Numbered from the whole stretch's first letter, positions 37,673 to 51,264 are shown. The stretch is DNA of 63,441 nt, filler included, from Euprymna scolopes (GCA_053919585.1; 4 parts of 4 records of this genome joined end to end with filler, not necessarily neighbours in it); one strand, 5' to 3'. Notes: generated by a model not told the origin, from the sequence alone. Program-made: numbers and translations.

Positions 37673-40600
37673 GATTAGAGCAACAGGGTCGATTGTTGAT
37701 GATGGAGATAGAGCCACAGAATCTAATTCCTCTGCAGAGGCTTCCAAATGTGAAATAATTGACATTGGATGGTCTGAAGCAGAAGAGACAGTCGGAAGAG
37801 TCTGCTCCAATTCTGGACAAGGAACAAGTGATACAGGTTCTTTGGTTATGGTTCCAGAAATCGACACATCTATGGAAGTGTCAGGAACTGCAACTGTTAC
37901 TATAGATTGAGAAGAATCGTCTATTTCATCTGTGATTTGTTTAGAAAACGACTTGGGTTGATTTAAAGATACAGCAGAATTGATATCCTGATCTTGAAAG
38001 AGCCCGACATTGTTCAAGGATTTTAATGCTGAACCCAAAGTTACGTCAGAAAGCTCACCAGTTACAGTATCCTGTTTTTCACATGAGATCTCTTTAATTG
38101 ATTCTGAAGAAATGACTGACATTTCTTGGAGAGCAGATGCTATAATTGAAGATGAGACCTCTTCAGCCAATTCCAAAGATGTAGCTGGTATTTCTTGGAG
38201 AGCAGCTGGCATAAGCGAAAATGAGACATCCTCTGCTGATTGTGAAGAAGTAGCTGTTATTTCATTGAGAGAAGATGCTATAACTGAAAATGAAACCTCT
38301 TCAGCTGATTTTGGAAAAACGGTTGGCATTTCCTCAAGAGAAGGTGTCACAATCGAGGAGGATAAGATCTCTTCAGCTGATTTTGAGGAAATGGCAGACA
38401 TTTCTTGGAGAGCCGATGCTATAATCAAAGATGAAATCTCTTCAGCTGATTCTGAAGAAATGGCTGACATTTCCTGAAGAGATGATTCAGATACAAAACC
38501 AGGTGGTGGAATTACTTCTTTCTCAATAGACCTTTCATTTGCAATGATTAGTGTAGAAGACTTTGATGCCAGAAGTTGAGAACCAATTTCTTCAGAAGAC
38601 ATCTCTGGAACAAAACCAGCCATAGACAGCATTGTTAAGTCTGAAGCTTGATCTTTTGTTGAAAATTCTTCAAGCAAATCAATTTTTTCAGAATCTTTTG
38701 AATCATTCTGAATGTCATCTCTAGCTTCCTTTTCAGATATGTCTGCATCAATTTCTACATCAATGTTGGATTCATGTTTTATCTCCACATTAAATACTAT
38801 CTGATCAGAATTTAGTTTCTCGTTATCTTTGATGTCCATTTGAGATATCACTTCATCTTTCTCTTTACCCTTCTTCTTTTTCTTTTTTCGCTTTTTCTTG
38901 CCAGTATCTTTGACATCTTCAGTTAATGACACACTTCCTGGTGGCAGAACTGTATGCTCACATGAAGCACTACGTTCAGTTGATGATGATGATGATGAAG
39001 CCAACCTCGTTTTAGTAGTTGGTTTACCAGTGAACTCACTCTCACAAACTGACAGAAGCGAGGCATCATTCTCGGACCTTGATATGTGAGGTGACGAAGA
39101 AACTTTCAGTACATTATCAGTATCAATTACCTTAGTTTCGGAAGTACACAGAGAAATGAGAGATTCTTGTTCAATTGAAATGTTTTCGGAACTGATCTCT
39201 GTTAATAAAATATCGCCATCTTTAGAATTTTTAATTTTCTTATTCTTGCGTGCATGTTTCTTTGCTGGTTTATGGAGTTTGTGCACTTCAACCTCTGGTA
39301 ATTTATCAACCATGTCTGCATGTGAAACACTATAATTTCCAGGAGATAAAAGATCTTCTGATGCAGAGCTGGAGTTTTCCACTGGGCTAAGTGAGTGGTC
39401 CGTTTTGGGATCTGGGGATGTATCATTATCTTCTTTTACTGACAATGTCTTTGACGACAAAAGATATTCAAATGCCCTTTCTACTGTGTTTTCAGTGCCC
39501 TTTATGGTAAAGAATTCTTCTTCGATTTCATCGTTGATAAAAAGAGGCTTCTCGTCCGCCTCAATCGAAGAATCTGGTGCCAGGAAAATATCTTCAGATA
39601 TGGTTTCATGTTCCTGTTCTGATTCAGAAACAGTTGTAACCAATTCTAAGTGTGGTGTTAATTTTCTATCGATAGCAGGTGAAGTCACATTTTGAACATT
39701 ATTAACTGTATCTGATATTACAGTATCTTTTGCTGTCATCATTTCATAAGTCTCCATCTCTCTTTCCCTCATGTAACTAAGGTAATTGCTGTCAATATCA
39801 TTTAGGTCATCTTCATCAACTCCCTCATCCACTTGGGAGGAGGAGATATTTGAAGAGGCAATGTCATCTTGGACCGCAGACTGTTTTTCCAACACCGTCT
39901 GCTCAAACTCACTTTCGGGTGTGTTGTGAAGAAGAACTGCATCGATATATCCAGAATCTTCAGGATCTCTGGATAACATATATTCTAAATATTCGGTTTC
40001 TGAATAGGCATCAAAAAAATCATCTTCGCATGTATCATCTAAAGATGATGTACCATTCCCACAAGCCTTTATTTGATCCCCATACTTTTCAGGTTCGCTT
40101 TTATAATCCAAAGTATCCATATTGTGCTGTTCAATATTTTGTGGAATCATGACGACCCCTGGAACAAGATCTTCTTCAGGGTTAGCAAGAACCTTTTGGG
40201 TCATATCTTCCTCAAGTTCTGAATCTAGAGATTTGATCAGCAGCTCAAATTCATCAGATTTTTCAATGGTTCCAGTGGAGAAATTACTAACAACACTGTC
40301 CTTGCGGTGATCTTTCGACAATATCTCACAGGCTGATTCTATGCGTTCAAATTCTTGCAGTTCCTTGGCAGCATCAGATCCTAAATATTCGAGAAGGTTT
40401 TCAAATTTGTCGGCTAGTGGTTGCTGGCTTTGCACCAACCTTGGCAACTGAAGATTAGCTTGACCAGTTTCCTTGAGCCAGTCCTCAATATTTTCTTCCT
40501 CATCTTCGGATGTCTTTTCAGATCGAGGTTGAGCAGGAGAGATTTCATCTTCAATCTCCTCAAATTTATTATCCTCCAAAATTTTTCCAACACCCATTTT

Positions 40601-43600
40601 ATCAAATATAGTTTTTGTGGACATTGCAGGAAGAATCTCCTCTTCAAATAATTCTGGCCTTTCTATCGTAACATTGTAGGGTATTGAGTGAAGCATTTCG
40701 TCATCAGAAAAAATTGGACTAGTGTGAGATGAAATCTTTTCTGGTGGACTACCATCTTGAACTTGGCTTTCTGGAGATTGGTCAATACAGATCTGATCCA
40801 AAGCTGTTAAACCCTGGGACCTTTTAAGCTCTCCAAATAGAACTGTGGGCTCATTAGAAGCACACCCAGCAGAAAAAGGGGCACCACTCTTCAGATTAGC
40901 AAGAACTGAATCTAATTGGACATCTCTTTCCAATTCTATCTCAGAGATAAAATCCGGAATCTCAGCATCACAAAGAATTTGATCTTCTTCCTGAACCTGA
41001 GCCAATTCAACAGGTGACATTTCCAAGGTTTCTACACATTCTCCAATCAGTTGATCCACATGGTTAATCTCACGAAGAATTCTTTGTTCTTCTTCGACTG
41101 ATTCGTCAGTTGCTTCATAAATAGTTGGCAGTGTGTACACCAACTGCTGCTGGTCAGAATCAAGAAGAACATCACTGTCTGTATTTGAGATAATTTCTTC
41201 TGCTTCATGAAATTCGTGCAGATCTGAATCTTCACCAAGATCTTCTTCAGAACAGAGCTGTAAGTTTTCTTGGTTAGGCCAGGATTTCAGGGGTTCTGGT
41301 TTTGCCCAAGACTGTAGTGTTTCTACCCGAGATCCAATTTCAGCACGAACAACTTCTTTGTAGACACGTCGAGACATTATTGGGGAGGTTAGAGTGTCCT
41401 CAAAAGTAAGCGAATCATCAGAACTGTAGCCGACAGCGTCTTCGTATTCGTAGTCATCAGGTGATCCATTTGGCCCTAAACTTTTCAAGTTTTCTAAGTC
41501 AAAAAGTTTGGTTATATCTTCAGACTTAAGCATTTCCTCTTTTATAGACTGTTTCAGTTGGTCAAGCGAAATGTCCGGCTCATCCATCAATTCTTCTTGC
41601 TCAGCAGGTACAAATAAAATTTCTTTTTGTTCTGATATTTCAACAAACGCTCCAGAATCCATTACAGTTGGTACCACCTCTTGTACAGGAATTTTGAAAA
41701 CATCAGGTGGGTTTTCAAAGACTGGCATCTCTGGCTCGAAGGGAGAAAAAATCGGAATAAAATGTGACAGTTGAGCTAACTCTGTAATCTTGTCTGGGAC
41801 AGTTATGTCATCTGTAATATTATCAGAAAAAACATTATAGTTGGAAACCTCTTCAAGAAAAAGGGCTTCAGGTGTTTGAAGCTCAGCAGTAGAAACCTCT
41901 CCTGGATTCAAAATCAGTTTCTCAGTTTCAGCATCTGGCACTGTTGACCATTCTTGAAGTAATTCTGGATTGGTAGTACTCTCCACAATATCAGCCACTG
42001 TTTCTAGATCTGGCTTGTCTTCTACTATATCTGTCACTGCAAGAAATTCTGAAGTTTCAGTAGATAGGGTTTCTGTGAGAGATTCTAAAGCTGCTCTTTC
42101 ATTTGAACAGATATCCACATGAATATCTTCTTCAGACATCTTATCTTCCTCTTTCACAATTGTTAACTCATTACCAGTGGCGAGATGAGAAGTGATGGGA
42201 TTAATCCAAAGACTTTCAAGTTCTTCCTCTGAAGGAATTCTGGTGTCTCCAGAATCATCAAAAACAATGGAATAGGAAACATCATCTTCATTAAAGTGGG
42301 TGTTTTCCGCAATGGAAACCTTGAAGGTTTCTTCAAGATTTTTCTGGTTGACAATTGAAGTAACCTCCTCTTGGGGTTCATCAACAGAGGTTGCCTGGAG
42401 TTTACAAGTCTGCTCAGAATTCTTTTCTGATAAAGATTCTTCAACATCCCTGGAATAATTTTCTACCAAATATTTTTCCATCAACTTGTTTTCTGTCTTT
42501 TCTAGAGATTTATTCTCCTGTGAAGTAACTACAAATATTTCTGCAGAATTCTCCAGCATAGGATTGCCATTTTTCTCCATCTCAAGGAGATCAGTGTGTT
42601 CTGGCAATGAAATAGGGAAGGTGATTAAATCATCATTCATCTTTTGAGACTGTTCATCCTCCTTGGATGCAGTCAGAGACTCTTTCTCAGCTTGCATTTC
42701 TTCATCTGGTAGAAAACTGCCCATTGTTTCTATATTCAAGAGCACAGTCTCCATTAGTGAATCTAATTCAGTATGTGAAACACGGACATCTGATTTAATT
42801 TCATCATTAGAGGCAGATTGATTGTCCAAAAATTCAACATTGTTTTTAAGATCTACACCATAAGAAATTTCTGGCATAAGATTCGTCACAAGAGAATCTG
42901 TTTCTGGAACTGGAATCTCTATTTGTGACTCTAATACAGTAAGAGGCACATTGCTATCAGGTTTATTTTCATCAAGAGAAGCAGATTGATTGGTCAGAAA
43001 TCCAACCTGATTAAGATCTACACCATAAGAAATTTCTGGCATAAGATTCGTCACAAGAAGATCGGTTTCTGGAACTGGAATCTCTATTTGTGACTCTAAT
43101 ACAGTAAGAGGCACATTGCTATCAGGTTTATTTTCATCAAGAGAAGCAGATTGATTGGTCAGAAATCCAACCTGATTAAGATCTACACCATAAGAAATTT
43201 CTGGCATAAGATTCGTCACAAGAAGATCGGTTTCTGGAACTGGAATCTCTATTTGTGACTCTAATAAAGTAAGCGGCACATTGCTATCAGGTTTATTTTC
43301 ATCAAGAGAAGCAGATTGATTGGTCAGAAATCCAACCTGATTAAGATCTACATCATAAGAAATTTCTGGAATAAGACTAGTCACAAGGGAATCGGTTTCT
43401 GGGACTGGAATCTCTATTTGTGATTCTAATACAGTAAGAGACATATTGCTGTCAGGTTTATTTTTAAGATCTACATCAGAAATTTCTGGAATAAGATTAG
43501 TTACAAGAGAATCAGTTTCTGGAACTGGAGGCTCAATTACTGAATCTAGTAGAGTATGAGAGACACTGGTGTCCTGTTCATTTTCATTAACTGTAGTAGA

Positions 43601-46600
43601 TTCAGATATATTTTCATCAGCAGATTGACTGCTAAAGAATCTTTTTTCAAAATCTACATCAAAAGTACTTTCTGGCATAAGATCTGTTACAGCGAAACAG
43701 GTTTGTGGAATTGAAGTTTCCATGTCTTCATCCATTCTCTTTAAAGAAAGCATAGATTTTTCTGGCAATAGTTGAAACTGTGAAACATTATGCTCTTTTG
43801 GCAACAATGGAATATTCATATCCACCGAAAGATTGGACTGGTTCTTATCACCCGGTGATTCCATGGACGATTGTATTTCCATAACTACTTCAGATTTCTT
43901 CTGATACCGCAGCTCATCAATCATGGGAGAGCGCTCTTTACCTCCCTCTTGAGCATCATGCACCAGTTTGTGAATATTTTCTGTGACTAGAGGTTTTATG
44001 TTAATAGCACTCGCTTTCATGATATCCATGGGAAGTTCTGGAAGTTCCTCCTTGGCTATTACATTCCTCTCTCCAATTTTAGTTAAACGTTCAAGGATGA
44101 GTCTTTTTTCCTCAATCAAGGCTGGATTCATACTGGCACTTGTTGGGGTCATGGAACGTGAAATAACAGGGCTAGAACGAACTGGTTTAAAGGCAAATGA
44201 AACTTTACTATTCAAATCGACAGTTTCACTGCTTGTAAAGCATGGAGTGGAAATGGCTTTATCTGCAGGAAGGTTATTTGGCAGATTTTCTTCTTCTGTT
44301 TTGTTTACAACTTCTGTGATAGTTGACTTAAGCTGATCGGAAAGATCAGTAACTCCATCCAGTAATGTTTTTTGGATCAACGGATCAGAGGAAGCAAGGG
44401 TCGTTTCAGCTTTTATTTTATGGATCTTCTCTGTGAAATTTGAAGTAGTACCACTTCTGCTTGGAGGGACAGTAAAAGCAGATGCTTGTCGATCATGTGA
44501 TAATAAACTAGGAACTAGGTGTTTTGAAGGTTCAGCTTCAATCTGTGTACTAGGAATGATAATGTTATTCACTTGAGTTTCCGATATTGGAGACTGAGGA
44601 GGAGCTTTTACCTGTACCGGTTGGGAAGAAGAAGAGATTGATCCTACCGTTTGAGGAGGAATAGTAAAAGCAGACCCCTGCCCACTGTGAGGTAACATAG
44701 GAAGTGGGTGCTTTGAGGGTTTAGCTTTAATGTCTGTATGAGAACTTACAGCATTATTTACTGGAGGTTCCGATATAGGTGGTGGTGGTGGTGGAACTGG
44801 TATTTGAGAAGTTTTCATGTGTACAGGTGGAGAAGGAGAGACTGTTGGCCTTACTGTTTGAGGAGGAGGACTTATAATGGGAGGAGGAGGAGATTTTACT
44901 ATAGTGTCTTGTAAAGAAGATGATTTTATCTGTGTTGTTGAAAACCGCTTTGCTTTAGAGGGTGGAGACCATACTTCATGTTTTGGGGGAGAAGGTATGA
45001 CCCTCACATTTGATTGTGGTGTGTTTACTTGAGATGATATAGGGGAATTAATTTGTGGTGATGGTGGAAGAGGGGAGGAACAAGAGGAGACAAGAGTCCC
45101 ATGAGAATTAACTGAAGTCGAGGACTTCACTTGAGATGGTAGAGGTGATTGAAATAATGCTGATGAGCTAACATTAGTAAACTGTGTAACAGGGGATGAA
45201 TTTATTTGGGATGTTTGAGGTTGGAAATTCATTTCATCTGGTAATGTGGATGATACCTGATATGGCATTGATTGAGGAGCCTCACTATAGTCAGAAGTCG
45301 TGACTGGAACATTACCTTTGTTGAGGGTTGAAACTAGTTTATGTTGACTTGGTGATGAAATGGAAATCTCTTCACTAATTTCAGGTAAGACACCTCCAGA
45401 TGCCACATTTCGTATATATTTGTTCATTTTAAATGTGGTTTTCTTTAGGCCTGGTTTTTGCACTGATTCAAGAAGTTCTTGGCCTGTCATTTCTTTCAGA
45501 GGTGGTGGTTCTGCTTCAGTTTGTTTCTGAGGCTTTAGTATTATTTCCTTCTTTGCAATTTCAGATGGTAATACCTGTTTTTCAGTACCTTGTCCTCGAA
45601 TTTTACAGAACATTGGTTTTGAAATGGACTCTGAACAGAACTCAGGTTCTTTATTAAAGTCAGCTCTAGTCTCTGGATCAATAATCTTGGCAGGCTCAAG
45701 TTTACCTTGGAAATTTGCATACTTAGTTGACTTGTCTTCAATTAGAGTTTCGGGTATACGAAATCCCTGAAAATTGGCATATAATGAACTCTGCATGCCT
45801 CTTTGAGAAACCATCTGAGCTTTTCGAATTCTTTTCAATCGTTTAGACCAGGCAGTACTGAGCTCTCCAAGGAAAAATTTAAAATCACCAGCATTGACCA
45901 AAGGTTTGTGAGTCACCTGAGCAGTGCACGCCGCTTTAGGAGCATGAACCTTGGGAAATTGTGGCTTTGGCGGTGTGGGTGGTATTGATGTTGGTGACAG
46001 TGGACTAGTAGGTGGATTAGAATGTTCTGATGATCCAAGACCAGATTCTTCAGAATCTGGTGTCTCTGGGATTGGTCGTCGCTGCCGAAGCACACCCTGT
46101 AACTCAGACAGGAAAGACTTGTAATCACCATGTTTCCTTGGTGGTTCGGATTCTGACTCACTTCCAGAAACATCTCCTGGGACCGAGGAGCGTCGGATAA
46201 CAGTTGCCCGGCCTCGTCTCGGCTGACTTACTTTCTGAAGTTTTAGAGTCTGAACACTTTTTTGTGATTCTGACATGACCGATTCTGTATCCGTTGCTTG
46301 TGCATACTGATCAGAAATTGCAAGCAAGTCAGTAAGTACATTTTCTATTTGTTGTGAGTTCTGGAAACGGGTATTGATGAGTGAACGGAGCCTATACTCC
46401 GATTTGCAAGAACCCATGGAACTTACAGATGTCTCTGAGCGTAGATCATCATCATCGTTAGTTCTGTTGAGTGTCTGGAACCAGTCTAACATAGCTGATT
46501 CAAAAGATTCAATATTTTGAAGTTCTTTGCTTAAATTTGGATCATTGATTGGTTGGCGGGGCTCAATCTCATCTGGTAATTGATTGCACCAAGACTGACA

Positions 46601-47404
46601 CTTCAGAAACACAGGAACAGGTTTCTCAAACTGCTTCACAATTTCAGACTTGAATGGAAACCTTGTAGAGCTGGCTGCATAGGAATGTTTTGAAGCAGTA
46701 TCAGCCTCATCCTCAGATTCTAAAGGTGTACGGTACCCTTCAGACATGTTAAATATGCTAACATCGGGTGTACGACAATCTTCGGAATCAGTGAAATCTG
46801 AGAAATCTTGGTTAAAGCTACGTGGGGTATGGATTCCTCTTGGTTTTACTCTACGGTACCCTGGTATACTTACATTTAGAGTTTGACCATTTGTCTTAGT
46901 TATGTCTGTTGTTTTGTGAAGCGATGAACTACGCGGTGGAGGTGGCGGTGATGATAACGAAAAATGGCTGTGTTTTTGAGGTTGGGATTGGGATTGGGAT
47001 GGTGATGAGATGCTGGCACTGCTAATTGTACTAGAAACTGGCGGGACATTGTTTACCTGCGGGGGTGGGGATTTATAATCATCTGCGGAAGTAGAAGAAT
47101 TCGGTGCTTCTTTTGGAAACTTTTTCTTTGGTTGCCGTAGTCGTTTTTGAAAAGCCATTTCTAGTTCTGACTGCACATTGGAATGTCTAGGCACCGAGGT
47201 CTGTCCTTTATTCAAGACAGAGTTCACTCCACTGCTATTGTGTTTTTGGACCCCGTATAAAGTGGTACCTGGGTTGGCTGACTGGCTAGAGCCAACTTGC
47301 GAAAGATTTGCACTTCTCATGCCAGGCAATGAGCATGAGAAAGTAGCAGATGCAGTAGCAGCTCGGTACTGTTCAGAATTATCTCCCCTTAGTTTATCAG
47401 ACAT
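36137..47404 (-). CDS. Giant single-exon ORF, 3755 aa, Ser/Pro/Glu-rich, probably intrinsically disordered protein of unknown family
   Basis: 11,268 nt open frame in AT-rich DNA. The ATG has an invertebrate Kozak-like context (CAAAACATG) with an in-frame TAA just upstream (47414-47416). A candidate acceptor ttttcattatcag| at 47644/47643 would give a 5' UTR portion. No transposon domains recognised. Confidence 0.9.
38095..38485 (-). repeat. Degenerate coding repeat, ~23-aa period (LQEMSAISSESAEEISSLIIASA), 5-6 copies, inside the giant ORF
   Basis: Visible in the translation. Confidence 0.75.
42780..43690 (-). repeat. Coding tandem repeat, 165-nt/55-aa period (about 3 near-identical copies plus degenerate partial copies), inside the giant ORF
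   Basis: ATCTACACCATAAGAAATTTCTGG-type unit recurs at about 42851, 43016, 43181 and 43346. Peptide unit PVPETDxLVTNLMPEISYGVDLNQVGFLTNQSASLDENKPDSNVPLTVLESQIEI. Confidence 0.9.
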
Positions 47405-47876
47405 GTTTTGTTTTTAGCAAGGAGACGATGCTACTGTACTTTTATTAGGACTTATTTTTCTATCATTGACTAGTGAACTAATTTTGTAATGAAAAAATGG
47501 GATTCTTTGATTTATTTTTATCTTTTTTAATGTAAGTGTGGAGAGGGAGTCTCACTGGGGTATGAGTTGTTCTCTTTGAGTAGCTGTAGGGTAATGCTGG
47601 ATTGGATATCGGAGGTGGCACCACTGTTACCGCCCCGTTAATCCTGATAATGAAAAGTAATAGAGAAAACAAATATAGATTTTGAACAATAGAATGTTAA
47701 AACAAAAAACAAAAATTGCTTAATTTGAAAGAAAAATTTGAACAGAATTGCAGTAAAAAGAAAAAAATTATTAATTCTTAAAAAAAAAATTAAAGAATTT
47801 TCTAAGATATTAAAGAACTATTGAGAAAATTATAAAAATACTGTAAGTTTTTATAATTATATGTTGACTAACTAAT

Positions 47877-48102
47877 GGTTTCTAGAGCAATCTGTGGGTT
47901 TTAATATCATGTTTACCACCTCTTAAGCAACTGGTTTAATGACATATACCGGTCCAAAATTGCAGCTGAGTTAAACATCAAGAAGTAATTAAAAAGAAAA
48001 ATCGTCTACGGTTTTTTTTTGGGGGTGGGGCGGTATGTCATATTAAAATAGCTGCTGAAGAAGTAAACATAGTATGAGTGATTTACTAATTGCACTAGAA
48101 AC
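47877..48102. mobile_element. Degenerate MITE/hairpin
   Basis: GGTTTCTAGAGCAAT...ATGACATATACCG versus CGGTATGTCAT...ATTGCACTAGAAACC. Confidence 0.5.
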
Positions 48103-49442
48103 CGCTGGTATAGACAACTATTTGATATATAATTGTCTAGTATTATAAATAAAAAAATATATGCTCTTACTAATATAGCTGAGAACTATCATTTTATTTA
48201 TTTATCTATATATCATTTAATGTAAATTTAATGTAACATACTAATATTATAAGAATAATTACAATTAAAAAGAACAAATAAATATTGTTATTTAGTGTTT
48301 TCAGCTATAAATAGAATAAATAACGTGTGGTAATTTAATTTGTCATAATTATTCTCATTAATTTAATACTTTAGAAATTATTTTTTAATAAAAATTGAAA
48401 GTCTTTTTGTAAAAACAAACATAAAAGAAAATGAATATAAAAATTACTAATTTATCAATCCAAGTGAATACGTTTAAATTTCTTTTTGTTTTACTTTTAT
48501 GGATTACGAAATAAAATCAATTAAAAACAACTATTTTTAACATCAATGCTATTTATTAATAATTATTATTAACCTCCATTTTAAAAATTACTTTTTCTTT
48601 AATATCAAGTGACTTTATTTTGTAAAATCTTAAAAACAAAGATGAACATGAATTTTTCAAATAATTGCACAGCTTATTTTTTATTTAAAAAAATGTAGAA
48701 AGAAAAATCAATAAAAAAAAACTTTTTGAAACAAAGACTGTTGAGAAAAAATTGCAGAGGTGACATTTTTATCAAGTGATTTTGAATTTGCAGAGATGGA
48801 GTTAGTTACACTTCTTGCATCTATGATGCATAAAAATCTAAGAAGATGCAATAAACTCTTTACTTGTGCATCAATTTCCTCATGAAAAATTTGTAAAAAA
48901 AGGTTTTTATTTAAAAATAAAAAAATAAAAGTTACTCTACAAAAGAAGCATATTTCCAATCTTTATTGCTTGACAACTCTCCTTAATATTTTACCTTCTT
49001 ATTTCCATTGGATTTTTATCACAACTTGACGATCTCAGTAAAACATTTTGAGAAACATAAAAGCTGATGTATCAACAGAGAGGTGATGCTGGCTAAGTGA
49101 TTAACAACATGACCTGACAACTTAGGTGTGCCAAGTTAAAATCTAGTTTTATGTGGTCCCTGTAAGTATGCATTATCATTCGAGAAAGAATTATAATTTG
49201 TAAAATGTCGGCAAAATGAAAGACAACAATAATAATCTTGAGTCACATGAAATGAATGAGTAATACTCAACAACGGTATTAACATGCAGATATTTAAATG
49301 TAATGCGAAAAAACATCTACAACTTCCAATTTAGAATGCCCTCTTTAAATGTACTTCCTAAGCACAGTATCCCATTATGTCTCAGTGGCAATATGCCAAA
49401 TTTGGGATGAATAAAAAATAAGAAAGAACAAGGTATAGAGGG

Positions 49443-49529
<87 letters not shown>

Positions 49530-51264
49530 ATTTTTTAATGCACATTTGTACATTTTTTACCCTATAAACTATTGTTTTGCAAACAAATATCAACATTTGC
49601 ATTGGACAAAATGAAAAAAATAAATAAATAAATCTGCCACATGTACTCTGATCCATTTTTTTTTTTTCATTTTACTTCAAGTTAAGTTCTCAAAAATCAA
49701 GGGGCAAATCCTAGATATCTATATGAGATATATAAATATCCGAGTGTTTTATTATAGTTCTCCCTTACCCTTAAATGTTGAGTTAGCAAAGAGAGGTGAG
49801 AAACATTAATTTCCCTCACTACATTGACGAGTTAAATATGTTATAGTACATCTTTCTTGTAGTCGCTTACTTGATTCTAGCACAATAATTTATCTAGTCT
49901 GGTAGAGTATTTAAATTAAGTGCTATTACCTCAAGTAACACCACTAGAAAAAGGTGCACCATTCCTTGCATGAACTAGTGGATAGGCGTGTTGAGGGGAT
50001 CTTCTTTGAGATTCAAATACTATGCTATTTTGAATATTTGGTCAGGATTTACTTGTAGAGTGAAGTATCAAACACTTCACAGCGAGAATGAAAACATTTG
50101 AAGATGGTGTCAGACTTTTTTTAGTAAATTCTCAGAAACCGAGGAGCCTCTTCTTGGGGTACTCAATCTCTATATGTGATACCTAGATATCCAAGTGTTC
50201 CATTAAAGTTTTCCTTTACCTTTCAAGCATTGAGGTAATAACTTGAACATTAATTTTTCCTCTCCTCAACTGACCAATTAATTATGTTACAGGTCTCTTG
50301 GTCTTATCACATTTCATGACAAGAATTCATCTAGTCTGGTGGAGTATTCATCATAGTTCCTTTTCTATATAAGTTTATAAGTGCGCAAACAAACTAAAAT
50401 GATGTCTTTACATCTTAGGCAATGTCGGGTAGATACAACTCACACTTACATAAAAAACACTCCCGCTAAAAATTAAATAAAAGAAAAGTCAAAAACTGAG
50501 TTTTGTTTTTAAAAGTAATTTAGTAATTTGTGGTTTTCCAAAGTCGCCTGAAAAATAGTCCAAGAATGAACAGTTGAAAAGAATGTAATTGAGTCTATCT
50601 GTGATTTACTGCGACTGAATTCTGTTAAGTTGATGCCATAATTTGCTATGATAGTCTAGAAGTACTCTGTACCCATGTGTGTAGGAGGTTAAACTTAACC
50701 CACCCATGATAGCAGAAGGAAACCAAATATATTATTACACGAGGACACATAGAGATCATATTATCAGAACTTTGCTTGCTGGTGTCGCAGTCTGCATTTA
50801 TAACCATTGAGCTGTTCACATATTTATAATAAAAAAAAAAAAAATAGCACCGAGTGAAGCGAATATATCTCATTTTCAAGAAGTCAGCCTCTTGGAGAAC
50901 AGCCCACACACGCCCTACGAGGAATGCAAGCAAGAGATACAAAGAGTGTTGCTACTTAGGGAAGTGTGTCAAGAATTTACATACATTGGCACTTCTCAAA
51001 ATGGAGATAGTAGCTATGATAACAGAAAAGAATTGAGAAGAACCCTTCAACGCATTAGCAGATCTTTTAGAACAACCATGCAAAAGCATTCAATTTCACT
51101 AAACATATCACAGACTTTGTTAACGTAATAAAAACTAGTTTTAAAACTATTTTTCGATTCAGAATAGTTTCAGAGTAATGCAAAAAGAAATTATCATTAC
51201 CATTTGTGGTGTAATATCTTCATTTTCAATTAATGTATAGAAACAATTACCAGTTTTTATACTG

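Noticed and set aside
36137-47404. Giant ORF as a viral/transposon polyprotein or a true PALI1/PALI2 orthologue
   Set aside because: No RT, integrase, helicase or capsid motifs. It has its own start behind an in-frame stop and lies upstream of the HTH exon, unlike the vertebrate PALI arrangement, and I recognise no sequence similarity.
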